The notes below the pieces were generated by a model. It did not search any database. It was not told the DNA's origin and saw only the letters and a program-made list of their open reading frames with translations. Positions 36,268 through 45,724 of a stretch of DNA of 52,497 bases are shown one piece after another (the stretch's first letter is position 1; each line of letters starts with the position of its first letter). This DNA comes from an uncultured Candidatus Saccharibacteria bacterium (GTDB lineage: Bacteria > Patescibacteriota > Saccharimonadia > Saccharimonadales > JBBQAJ01): positions 1 to 52,497 of the forward strand of contig CAZQZT010000004.1 in NCBI GenBank assembly GCA_964597925.1. Reading direction: 5' to 3'. The position numbers and the translations under genes were made by a program.

Positions 36268-37790
36268 TATCCTATTGCTCCTTTTATCGGACCTCTGGTT
36301 TTGTCACCCGTGATTTGTTTGTACACCAACTCTGCACTGATCAAACACATGGGCACGCCTATACCCGGCTGAACGTTCGCGCCTACGTAGTACAAGTTTT
36401 TGGTCTTTTTGCTTCGGGTACGAGGACGCAACATGGCGCTTTGTCGTAGTTCGTGTCCAAGACCAAGTGCCGTACCTTTCCATGAATTGTAGTCATTGTA
36501 AAAATCCGCCGGTCCATATAGTTCCTTGGTTACTATACGTTCAGCAAAGTCTATGACACCAGACTGCTCAGCTATCTGCTGGATGTACAGTTCGGCATAT
36601 TCCTCTAACTTATCGGCATGCAGATTTGGATTTGCCGGTAGCGGAACTAGTACAAATACATTTTCGTGACCTTTTGGTGCTACCGAACTATCTGTTTGGC
36701 TAGACTTACAGACGTATATAGAGGCTGGGGTTGGCCACTCTTTGGCTTCGGCTATTTTCGCAAAATTTTCTTTCCAATCCTTAACAAAGAACAAGTTGTG
36801 ATGCTTGAGCTGAGGCAATGAACCTTTAACTCCTAAATACATCAACAAAGCTGAAGGTCCAGCTTGGCGTTTTTTCCAATATGAGCTTGGATAGTCTTGA
36901 GCATGTGTGGGTAATAATTTTGTCTGCGTAAAATGCATGTCGGCATTTGAAATAACTATGTCTGATAAAATTTGTGATCCATCATTCATACGTAAACCCG
37001 TGGCTTCTTTATCTTGAATCTCTATGGCCTTGACCGCTTTGTTCAAGTAAAATTTAACACCGAGATTTTTACCTATGCGTACCATACTCTCCGTTACCGA
37101 ATACATACCACCCTGGGGATAATAAACTCCCTGGCGAAAATCCAAATAACTCATAAGATGATAGATAGCCGGCACTTTAAATGGAGAAGATCCTAGAAAT
37201 ACAGATGGGTATTCCAAAATTTGCCTAAGGCCGGGGTCTTTAAAATGTTTGCCTGTAAGTTTGTTCATGGTTTGTTGAGCGTTTTTTAACATAGCTGGGC
37301 CATGACGCAACAAACCTGGTCTCATAAAATTACGTGGTGATTCAAATGTTGTGTACAAAAAGTTTTCTAGTGCCAGTTTATAGATTTTTTCTGCACTATC
37401 TAAGTAGTTAATAAGGGCCTCACCTGCGCCAGTTTCGCGTCTTTCAAACATTTCTGCATCTGCTTTCTCGTCCCCCGTTATCACGAGCGGATTTTTTTCG
37501 CTTTCTAAAAACACTTGGTACGCGGGCTCTAGCTTAGTCAGCTTCAGCTGGGATTTGGTAGACGAACCTAGTATTTCAAAAAAATGATCGAAGACCTCTG
37601 GCATCAAATACCACGAAGGACCAGTGTCAAAACGAAAACCGTCTTTTGCTAGCATGCCCATTCGGCCACCGAGCTGGCTCCTAGCTTCGTATACACTTAC
37701 TTCGTACCCAGCTTTTGCTAACAAATTCGCAACAGCTAGGCCACCTACTCCTGCCCCAACTATTGCAACTGTTGTTTTATTTTTTGTCAC
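36267..37790 (-). CDS. crtI: Phytoene desaturase
   Basis: GAGVGG, GFRFDTGPSWYLMP, YYPQGG, YYVGA..QPG.GVP; GTG start at 37790. Confidence 0.93.
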   Translation of the reverse strand: MTKNKTTVAIVGAGVGGLAVANLLAKAGYEVSVYEARSQLGGRMGMLAKDGFRFDTGPSWYLMPEVFDHFFEILGSSTKSQLKLTKLEPAYQVFLESEKNPLVITGDEKADAEMFERRETGAGEALINYLDSAEKIYKLALENFLYTTFESPRNFMRPGLLRHGPAMLKNAQQTMNKLTGKHFKDPGLRQILEYPSVFLGSSPFKVPAIYHLMSYLDFRQGVYYPQGGMYSVTESMVRIGKNLGVKFYLNKAVKAIEIQDKEATGLRMNDGSQILSDIVISNADMHFTQTKLLPTHAQDYPSSYWKKRQAGPSALLMYLGVKGSLPQLKHHNLFFVKDWKENFAKIAEAKEWPTPASIYVCKSSQTDSSVAPKGHENVFVLVPLPANPNLHADKLEEYAELYIQQIAEQSGVIDFAERIVTKELYGPADFYNDYNSWKGTALGLGHELRQSAMLRPRTRSKKTKNLYYVGANVQPGIGVPMCLISAELVYKQITGDKTRGPIKGAIG

Positions 37791-38622
37791 TTTTTGTTCT
37801 TCGTAATTTATTTGTAACCAGGTTCTTGCCAAGCAAATTTAATTTTATTGCGTTATTTACGCGAATTCGTTTTTTTTTGATCCCAGCAACTGACGATTTA
37901 TCTAGTTTTCCTAGTAAGCGCCAGTAGTATTCGTATGCTGAAATAACAGCCGGCCTGGCACCCGATGGCAATTTATTAATTGCTGGTAATGCATCTGTAA
38001 AATCTTTCTTAATGTCTAGCACTATGATTTCCTTGTCCTTATCATCAAAATTCTCGTAACTACAGTCCGGAAAATAAAAACGATTCAACTCTTCGAAGTC
38101 AAATACTATGTCTCGTAAAAAATTTACTTTTTGAAATGCAGACCCCAAGGCACGAGCACCTGGTTCTAGGCTTTTAAATTCTGCCATAGTATTCACAAAT
38201 ACCTTCAAACACATAAGTCCGACTACCTCAGCCGAACCATCTATGTATTTATCATACAAAACTTTATCGAATTGTTGTGATTTGGTATCTAGTTTCATGC
38301 TGTAAAAAAACGGTTCTATGAGTGTTTTATCAATACTGCGCTTATTTGCTGTCAGCTGAAATGCATGAACTATCAAATTAGAACTAAAGTTTCTTTTAAT
38401 TGCATCGTATACTTCACACTCAAGCATCTCAATCTGTGAAATGGCATCTTGGCCGGAGTAAGTGTCAACAATTTCATCAGCAATGCGCACCAAGCCATAT
38501 ATGTTATATATATCACCACGTATTTCTGGTGTAAAAAGTCTAGTAGCCAACCCGAAGGAGTTTGAATAATAATTCGTAACTAATCTAGCTGTTTTTTGAG
38601 AAACAATATTATAAGTATCCAC
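37777..38622 (-). CDS. crtB: Phytoene synthase
   Basis: YS.SF.LA, VRIADEIVD, GSAEVVGLMCL, LG.AFQKVNFLRD. Confidence 0.93.
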   Translation of the reverse strand: MDTYNIVSQKTARLVTNYYSNSFGLATRLFTPEIRGDIYNIYGLVRIADEIVDTYSGQDAISQIEMLECEVYDAIKRNFSSNLIVHAFQLTANKRSIDKTLIEPFFYSMKLDTKSQQFDKVLYDKYIDGSAEVVGLMCLKVFVNTMAEFKSLEPGARALGSAFQKVNFLRDIVFDFEELNRFYFPDCSYENFDDKDKEIIVLDIKKDFTDALPAINKLPSGARPAVISAYEYYWRLLGKLDKSSVAGIKKKRIRVNNAIKLNLLGKNLVTNKLRRTKSDKK

Positions 38623-39701
38623 TAACTATTTCTCCATGCGGATTTTGAAATGAGTGCTTTGAATTGAGCTTTTGCATTTTCGCTGACATCAAGACTATCT
38701 ACGGCTATCTCTGCCTTTTTCGCATAGTTTTGAATTAATTGTTCAAGATCTGATTTTGCACCGCAAGATTCCATAATTTTCTGTGCTTTTTTTGCCATTT
38801 CTTTGTCGCAATCAGGATTTCCCACTATAGCGTTTAACTGAACTTTTTGTTCGTGGCTAGCCAGCTGGAGGGTCCTCTGCAGCAAATACGTCTGTTTTCC
38901 TTCTCTTATATCCCCCAGGACCGTTTTACCGGTTTGCTCGGGAACACCAAATACACCTAACAAATCGTCTGCCAGCTGAAAAGCAATACCAAGTGCTGTT
39001 CCGATGACATTTAAGGTACTTGTAGTTGTGTCATCTGCATCGGCAAGCATAGCCCCCAAAAGCAACGGCGTAGTACATGAATAAAATGCCGTTTTATTTT
39101 CGGCTATTTTAAGACAGTCGCTATGTTCAGAATCATAAAGTACAGCTTCAGTATCTAGTAGTTCTCCGCCAACTACGGCAAATACAGCATCTCCAATTAG
39201 TTTTATAGCCTGCAACTGCTTATCGGCCTCTATGTCACTTCTAAGGATTTGCTGGTAGGCCTCGGATAGCATCAAATCACCTGCCAGTATTGCTGCACTA
39301 TTAGAAAAGTGATCTAAATCATACTTCGTTGAGTCGAGACGGGAGTAACGTTTCCTGTACATGCCCATAATATTATCTGTGCCATGCCGCGAATAGTCTC
39401 GGTCAATAATGTCATCGTGTATGAGCATAGCTGAATGAAGTAGCTCAAGCGCCACTCCAACCGGTACTACCTTTTTATAATCCATCCCGCCCAGTGACTC
39501 ATATGCCAAAAAAAACAAATATGGTCGCATGCGTTTGCCGCTAGCCTTATGCAAGTCATGGAGTGACTGCCACAAAAACCCATAATCAGCGTGCATGTAT
39601 GCAGACCTGGTCCGCTGCAGTTTAAAATAGTTGTGTAAAAATATATTTACATCTTTACGAACTGAGTCGCTATTGTGAATTTTTTGGTCTCTCGAGTGCA
39701 T
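38622..39701 (-). CDS. crtE: Polyprenyl (GGPP) synthase
   Basis: GKRMRP, LIHDDIID, KTA, FQLADD...GK....DI.EGK. Confidence 0.88.
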   Translation of the reverse strand: MHSRDQKIHNSDSVRKDVNIFLHNYFKLQRTRSAYMHADYGFLWQSLHDLHKASGKRMRPYLFFLAYESLGGMDYKKVVPVGVALELLHSAMLIHDDIIDRDYSRHGTDNIMGMYRKRYSRLDSTKYDLDHFSNSAAILAGDLMLSEAYQQILRSDIEADKQLQAIKLIGDAVFAVVGGELLDTEAVLYDSEHSDCLKIAENKTAFYSCTTPLLLGAMLADADDTTTSTLNVIGTALGIAFQLADDLLGVFGVPEQTGKTVLGDIREGKQTYLLQRTLQLASHEQKVQLNAIVGNPDCDKEMAKKAQKIMESCGAKSDLEQLIQNYAKKAEIAVDSLDVSENAKAQFKALISKSAWRNS

Positions 39702-39813
39702 AAAACTAATGTGGCCCTATAAATAATGAAACTAACCATAGGATTATAACCTGTAATATGCAGAAAAATCATATTTACATAAAATCATATTATTATGGCC
39801 CTAAAGTCAATTA

Positions 39814-40374
39814 TCAATTACCAGTTTTATCTCGTGAATGCTTAGAGCTTTTACTTGGTAGTGTTTTTGGTTCGTGCAGTGATAAAGTTTTTTGCAACAC
39901 TTCAAGTACGCTCTGCGCATGCTCTTTGCTCATCCCGACTCTAGAAACCGCTAAAGGCTGATTGTTTGGTCCGGCTGTTTGCATAAAATTCATAATAACA
40001 CCGTAATTGTTAACCATTACATGAACCATATCAGTATAAACAATTCTGGTATCTCCGGCCATAACTACTACGCCGTTTTGTGCATGACCATATATATTAT
40101 TTATGGTATTTTGAACTGGAAGTTCATCTTGATCAAAACCGGCAAGCTCCCAAAGTTTTGTTGCTACGTCTTCCCTCGCAGCAAAATGACTTATAAGTAA
40201 TAGTAGGATGTCTTCGCCTGGACGTTCGGCACCCTCTTCCATAGCATTCAAGTCATCCGGGTCGATTTCAACTGCGCCCGAAACTTCGGCCAATGTTTCT
40301 TGGCGCTTTTCACGTAATTTCCTTAGTTGTGTCCCAAGAGATTCAAATGGGTGCTGTTTGTTTGCCTGACTCAT
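39814..40374 (-). CDS. XRE-type HTH protein with C-terminal beta domain
   Basis: LG.QLRKLRE...TLAEVS...E.G..RP; start set at ATG 40374. Confidence 0.8.
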   Translation of the reverse strand: MSQANKQHPFESLGTQLRKLREKRQETLAEVSGAVEIDPDDLNAMEEGAERPGEDILLLLISHFAAREDVATKLWELAGFDQDELPVQNTINNIYGHAQNGVVVMAGDTRIVYTDMVHVMVNNYGVIMNFMQTAGPNNQPLAVSRVGMSKEHAQSVLEVLQKTLSLHEPKTLPSKSSKHSRDKTGN

Positions 40375-40465
40375 GCCTATTAATGGTACGCCGGTCAATT
40401 GCCACATGCAAGCATTAGAAGCTATGGACTCACAACTAATAGCTATGTACTCTAAGGGTATGTTT

Positions 40466-41488
40466 ATGCAAGATAACGTTCCACTTCAGGCTTACTCTAC
40501 TATGAGACTTGGCGGTAAAGCTGCTTACTTAAGTGAAGTCAACGAGAAAACTGAATTAGCCGAACTAGTTAGTTGGGCCAAACAAAGACAGCTGCCAATA
40601 ATTATGATCGGCGATGGTAGCAACATAATCTGGCGAGATGAAGGATTCCCCGGACTTGTGCTTGTAAACCGGTTGTTTGGTTTTGAAAACACAAGTCCAG
40701 ACGAAAACACTATGTATCTTACAGTTGGAGCTGGCGAAAACTGGGATAGTGTAGTGGAACGCAGTGTAGATATGGGTTATAGCGGCATTGCTGAACTAAG
40801 CCTAATTCCTGGAACAGCTGGTGCCACACCAATACAAAACGTAGGCGCATATGGCAGAGAGATAAGCGACACACTAATTACTCTGGAAGCATACGACTTA
40901 AGAGAAAATCGGCTTGTAACAATACCTGCCTCGGATTGTGCATTTAGTTATAGAAGTAGTCGGTTTAAGACAACTGACAAAAAAAGGTATTTGATAACAT
41001 CTATAACCATGCTCCTGACTAAATATCCTCCGCAACCACCCTTTTATGATTCGGTAAAGCAGTATTTTACTGAGAATAACATCGTAAAACCAACTGCACA
41101 CGATATTAGACAAGCAGTGCTTGCTATACGTTCCGCTAAATTACCAGACGTAAAAACCGTAGCCAATACTGGTTCATTCTTTGGAAATCCATTCGTGAGT
41201 TCAGAGCAGTTTACTCAGATGTTAGCTGACCATCCAAATATAAAATATTGGCACAATGACGATAATAAAACCAAAATATCGGCTGCATGGCTGATAGAAC
41301 AGGCTGGTTTTAAAGATGCCCATGATGATGAGACGGGCATAGGAACATGGCCAATTCAACCACTTATACTCGTAAATGAAAAAGCTGGCAGTACTGCCGA
41401 CCTACTTAAATTCAAACAAAAGATCGTAGATAGCGTACAGGCAAAATTTGGCATTACTCTAGAGCAAGAACCAGAATTGTTGCCGTAA
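40466..41488 (+). CDS. murB: UDP-N-acetylenolpyruvoylglucosamine reductase
   Basis: IGDGSN, IPGTAGATPIQNVGAYG, GSFF.NP, LE.EP; start approximate (40460 or 40466). Confidence 0.95.
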   Translation: MQDNVPLQAYSTMRLGGKAAYLSEVNEKTELAELVSWAKQRQLPIIMIGDGSNIIWRDEGFPGLVLVNRLFGFENTSPDENTMYLTVGAGENWDSVVERSVDMGYSGIAELSLIPGTAGATPIQNVGAYGREISDTLITLEAYDLRENRLVTIPASDCAFSYRSSRFKTTDKKRYLITSITMLLTKYPPQPPFYDSVKQYFTENNIVKPTAHDIRQAVLAIRSAKLPDVKTVANTGSFFGNPFVSSEQFTQMLADHPNIKYWHNDDNKTKISAAWLIEQAGFKDAHDDETGIGTWPIQPLILVNEKAGSTADLLKFKQKIVDSVQAKFGITLEQEPELLP

Positions 41489-41499
41489 AGTTCAGTGAA

Positions 41500-42759
41500 C
41501 TATGAAGGCAGTGGAAAATCGTAAGTAAATTTGGTTATAGCTTTATGCATGCTTTTTAAATATGCCGCGTTATCGTGGTGAGATATTGCATCTTCTATCC
41601 ACGATGCTATTTGTATCATCTCTTTGTCATTCATGCCACGTGTTGTTAGTGCCGGCGTACCAAGACGAATACCGCTTGGGTCATAAGGCGATCTCGGGTC
41701 AAATGGAACAGTGTTTTTATTTACAGTAATACCTGCTAGCCCAAGTGCTTCTTCTCCCTCTTTACCGCTTACACCCTTATTATTCAAATCTATAACCACG
41801 AGATGATTGTCAGTTCCGCCCGTCACTAGGTTAAAGCCTCTATCTGATAGTTCTTTTGCTAAAATTTGAGCGTTTAATGCAACACGCTTACCATATTGCT
41901 TAAACTCTGGAGTTGATGCTTCCCTGAGGGCAACGGCAATTGCAGCGGTCTGTTGATTGTGAGGACCCCCTTGCAATCCTGGTATCACAGCCCTGTCGAT
42001 TAGCGACGGAAGATTTTCATGAGTGCGCTCTGGTTTTTTTAGCGGATTGGATGTATTGCCGTTGCACAAAATAAGTGCGCCCCTGGGTCCACGAAGTGTT
42101 TTGTGCGTAGTGGTCATGACTACGTCAACAATGCCTACGGGCGATTCATTCACTCCAGCAACTATCAACCCGCTAATGTGCGAGATGTCGGCCACCAACC
42201 ATGCGCCTACACTATCTGCAATATCACGGAACTTTTGCCAATCTACGTTTCGCGGATAAGCAGTTGTTCCACACATTATGAGTTTTGGTTTTTCAGCTTT
42301 TGCTAGATTTGCAATTGCCTCGTAATCAAGAAAACCATCTTTATCGGTGGTGTATTGAACTGCATCGTAATAAGTGCCAGAGAAATTTACTTTTAGGCCA
42401 TGTGTCATATGCCCACCGTAAAAAAGGCTCATACCCATGATCTTATCCCCTGGGTCTACCAGTGCATAGTAGATTGCTTGGTTGGCAGGAGAGCCAGAAT
42501 GCGCCTGTACGTTAGCATGCGTTACCCCAAAAAGCTTCTTTGCCCTATCTCTTGCAATGTTTTCAATTTTGTCAACAACCTCGCATCCACCGTAATACCT
42601 CATACCGGGATAGCCCTCAGAATATTTATCGGTCAAACGCGAACCAGAAGCTGCCAACACATCAGAAGAGGTGTGGTTTTCACTCGGAATCATTTCTAGG
42701 CCTTCGGCCTGACGCTTCACTTCTGCCTTAATTAGATCTTCAATTTCAGTATCTTCCAT
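41500..42759 (-). CDS. glyA: Serine hydroxymethyltransferase
   Basis: KYSEGYPG.RYYGG, GGH.THG, TTTHKTLRGPRG, SGIRLGT; SD AGGAG. Confidence 0.97.
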   Translation of the reverse strand: MEDTEIEDLIKAEVKRQAEGLEMIPSENHTSSDVLAASGSRLTDKYSEGYPGMRYYGGCEVVDKIENIARDRAKKLFGVTHANVQAHSGSPANQAIYYALVDPGDKIMGMSLFYGGHMTHGLKVNFSGTYYDAVQYTTDKDGFLDYEAIANLAKAEKPKLIMCGTTAYPRNVDWQKFRDIADSVGAWLVADISHISGLIVAGVNESPVGIVDVVMTTTHKTLRGPRGALILCNGNTSNPLKKPERTHENLPSLIDRAVIPGLQGGPHNQQTAAIAVALREASTPEFKQYGKRVALNAQILAKELSDRGFNLVTGGTDNHLVVIDLNNKGVSGKEGEEALGLAGITVNKNTVPFDPRSPYDPSGIRLGTPALTTRGMNDKEMIQIASWIEDAISHHDNAAYLKSMHKAITKFTYDFPLPS

Positions 42760-42771
42760 GTCAAACTCCTA

Positions 42772-42811
42772 AATTACTCATTAAATATGTGATTGGCCTA
42801 AATGAGTAATT
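42772..42811 (-). promoter_or_regulatory. Inverted repeat immediately upstream of the glyA SD
   Basis: AATTACTCATT-N18-AATGAGTAATT, perfect 11-bp arms. Confidence 0.5.
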
Positions 42812-43031
42812 GCACTAAATCACAGATCTATTGTATCAGTAGCGTCATGTGATTGGAAGATGTTACCGATGCGTGTGTTTGAGTGCAGTTTGAGGGGAAG
42901 ATTAAGCACTGAAGTGGAGGCGTACTTTCGGTACGCCGTAATGATGATTGGAGGTTTTGGCCCAAAATATGCCAAACACGCGTGTTGTCCATATTGCAAT
43001 TTATACCCCAATTGATATAATATTTTGGTCT

Positions 43032-44552
43032 ATGCACACAACTAACGAAAAAATTGGACAACTTATTCACCAGATACGGCAAGAGAGAGGCCTTACTCAG
43101 GCGGCTTTTGCTCGCAAGCTTGGCACTAGCCAAAGTGCCGTCAACCGCATAGAACATGGCAATCAAAACCTAAGTCTCGAAACCCTAGGACGAATTAGCG
43201 ATGTTTTAAATAAGCCTCTTATCAGCCTTAATACTGGTGCAGTGAATTTGCGCGTTGAGGGTGGGCATGAACTAAGAGGTACTGTAGAGACAAAAACGTC
43301 AAAAAATGCTGCCGTTTGTTTACTCATGGCATCTTTATTAAACAAAGGCACGACGCGCCTAAAACATATGCCGCGCATCGAGGAAGTAAACCGTTTAGTA
43401 GAAGTGCTTTTAAGTATAGGCGTACACGTCCGCTGGCTAGCTGGTAATGATTTGGAGATTAAGCCACCTGCGGTTTTAGATTTAAGCAGAATTGACGCTG
43501 GGGCCGCTAGAAAAACCCGCAGTGTGCTAATGATGCTAGGTCCCCTAATGCACATGTTTAAAGAGTTCAAAATTCCGTACGCAGGCGGGTGTAAACTTGG
43601 AACTAGAACGGTCCAGCCTCATCTATATGCTTTAGAAGAATTGGGGGTGGATATAGTGGCGAAAACTGGCTACTACCACGTAAACGTAAAGAAAAAGCCT
43701 GCCAAACAAATTGTGCTTTATGAATCAGGTGACACTACAACTGAAAACATTTTGATGGCTGCAGCTAGGTTTGATGAAGAAATTGTAATCAAAATGGCTA
43801 GCGCTAATTATATGGTGCAGGATTTGTGCAACTTTCTTAAGAAACTGGGCGTAAAAATTGAAGGCATTGGTACGAGTACACTAACCGTTCGAGGTAAAAA
43901 TGAAATCAAGAAAAATGTAACTTATTATCCTAGCGAAGACCCCATAGAAGCAATGACATTTATCGCCGCGGCGATTACGACAAATTCCAAAATCACTGTA
44001 GCCCGTGCGCCAATAGAATTTCTTGAGCTAGAACTACTTAAGCTCAAGAAAATGAATATGAAATTCGATATAACGCCGTATTACAAAGCAGAAAATGGCT
44101 TTACTAACTTGGCGGATATCACTGTTCATAAACACGACGGGAAACTAGTGGCGTTAGAAGAAAAAATTTACGCTAGACCATTCCCAGGACTGAACATAGA
44201 TAATCTGCCTTATTTTGTGCCGATTTGTGCAGTTGCCAAAGGCCGAACACTTATTCACGACTGGGTATATGAAGAGCGCGCCCTTTACTACACAGAGTTG
44301 CGGAAACTGAATGCCAACGTGACATTGGCAGACCCACATCGCGCATATATAGATGGTCCTACTAAATTCAGTGCCGGTGATGTAGTATGCCCGCCCGCAC
44401 TTCGACCGGCGGTATTGTTACTCATAGGCATGCTGGCTGCTCCCGGCATATCAATCCTCAGAAACGTTTACTCTATAAATAGAGGTTATGAAGATTTGGC
44501 TGAACGGCTCAATAGTCTTGGTGCTCAAATCACCATCATGCACGAGCTCTAG
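43032..44552 (+). CDS. murA: XRE-HTH fused UDP-GlcNAc 1-carboxyvinyltransferase
   Basis: N-terminal IRQERGLTQ..FA..LG.SQSAV.RIE.G; MurA motifs SKNA, AGGCKLG.R, TTTENI, RGYE.L..RL..LGA. Confidence 0.9.
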   Translation: MHTTNEKIGQLIHQIRQERGLTQAAFARKLGTSQSAVNRIEHGNQNLSLETLGRISDVLNKPLISLNTGAVNLRVEGGHELRGTVETKTSKNAAVCLLMASLLNKGTTRLKHMPRIEEVNRLVEVLLSIGVHVRWLAGNDLEIKPPAVLDLSRIDAGAARKTRSVLMMLGPLMHMFKEFKIPYAGGCKLGTRTVQPHLYALEELGVDIVAKTGYYHVNVKKKPAKQIVLYESGDTTTENILMAAARFDEEIVIKMASANYMVQDLCNFLKKLGVKIEGIGTSTLTVRGKNEIKKNVTYYPSEDPIEAMTFIAAAITTNSKITVARAPIEFLELELLKLKKMNMKFDITPYYKAENGFTNLADITVHKHDGKLVALEEKIYARPFPGLNIDNLPYFVPICAVAKGRTLIHDWVYEERALYYTELRKLNANVTLADPHRAYIDGPTKFSAGDVVCPPALRPAVLLLIGMLAAPGISILRNVYSINRGYEDLAERLNSLGAQITIMHEL

Positions 44553-44613
44553 TCTATAAGACATCGGCAGTAGCCACTGCTTGCCACAACCTCGTACTAC
44601 AACTTTAATACTT

Positions 44614-44736
44614 CTAGCGACCTAGGGTGTCTAATATATTGGATTGAAATCCAGTACGTAACCACACAATAAAGCCGAGTGCTACTAGGATAAGCGTAAC
44701 CAATATGACTGTTCGGTGCCATTCTTTTAGATTCAT
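44614..44736 (-). CDS. 40-aa single-TM small protein coupled to sortase
   Basis: MNLKEWHRTVILVTLILVALGFIVWLRTGFQSNILDTLGR*; ATGA overlap with the sortase stop; absent from the ORF track. Confidence 0.5.
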   Translation of the reverse strand: MNLKEWHRTVILVTLILVALGFIVWLRTGFQSNILDTLGR

Positions 44737-45317
44737 AATACATTCTCCAATACAGCCTGAATCACCAGGCGGTCTTTAGCTGTTAATAATGGCGTGCAGG
44801 TATACAAAGTTAATATTGATTCGTTGGTTGGGGCTTCCACGGAAGCTTTATTGGGCGAAACTTGGCTTATATTAAAAACCTTGTATTCGTAGGCTTTGCC
44901 ATGCCAGTAAACTATTATTTGATCGCCTGATTTTACTTTGTCCAAGTTATAGAAAACAGCAGCCCCAGCATAGGTGAACCTATGACCAACCAAAACGGTG
45001 TTACTGCCTTGGTCCGGTGAGCTTGTTTGTGGCCTGCGCCATATGCCCTTGTTGGCTGTATATATACTAGCTCCCTCAAATATAGGTTCCGAAAGATTCA
45101 GTGACGGTATGTATAATATTTCTCCATCTGGAATTTTGACAGTCGCAAGCGGTACGCTAGTTACGGTCGGACTAGAAATAACTGGTGCGCTGTGTCGCAC
45201 CCACCACTGTATGCTAGGGAATATCGGCAGCACCATTATGTACAAAGCCAGCAAGATTAATAGTCCTGCTAGGCAGTAGTTTACGCGTCTTAGTGTGAAT
45301 AATTTATGCATAACCAT
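44733..45317 (-). CDS. Sortase
   Basis: N-terminal TM; LVGHR, LTLYTCTP, RLVIQA (His/Cys/Arg triad); start approximate. Confidence 0.92.
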   Translation of the reverse strand: MVMHKLFTLRRVNYCLAGLLILLALYIMVLPIFPSIQWWVRHSAPVISSPTVTSVPLATVKIPDGEILYIPSLNLSEPIFEGASIYTANKGIWRRPQTSSPDQGSNTVLVGHRFTYAGAAVFYNLDKVKSGDQIIVYWHGKAYEYKVFNISQVSPNKASVEAPTNESILTLYTCTPLLTAKDRLVIQAVLENVL

Positions 45318-45339
45318 ATATATTGTATACACCTTTTCC

Positions 45340-45509
45340 AAGAACCTGATCTAATCCCCCCGTTGATAAGTAAAACCGAAGCAGCAACCATGATTTTTTC
45401 TGTCTTTTCTTATGCCAAAATATAACCGTAGGTACATTTTGAATTAAAAAAGATAGAAAAAGTGGTTGACCTTCTGTTTTAGCCGATGGGGGGATTAGGT
45501 CAGGCTCTT
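45340..45509. other. 170-bp imperfect fold-back (rod-like hairpin) element
   Basis: 22-bp terminal arms AAGAACCTGATCTAATCCCCCC / GGGGGGATTAGGTCAGGCTCTT plus three further nested complementary blocks. Confidence 0.7.
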
Positions 45510-45724
45510 AGAGTAAATAACCAGGTTGTGCACAATTGTGAGAATAATCACCCAATTAGATGTTGCATAATTGTAAATTAAGTAGCATAATGAAGGAAAA
45601 GAAAAAGAGTTTGGTGAAACGATATCGGGGGCGAAGATACATTTCCTATATGTGGTCGCTTGGGATATGTGGAGCCAATAGCGAATCCAACCATATCACT
45701 CTTATAATAATAAGGAGCATTGGT

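Noticed and set aside
42840-42960. ZMP/ZTP riboswitch for glyA
   Set aside because: GTCATGTGATTGG resembles the 5' motif but lies on the wrong strand, and the 3' GCCGACCGCCTGGGC element is absent
45340-45509. SRP (4.5S) RNA
   Set aside because: GTCAGG and GAAGCAGC both occur, but in the wrong order and 120 nt apart, with no GGAA tetraloop between them
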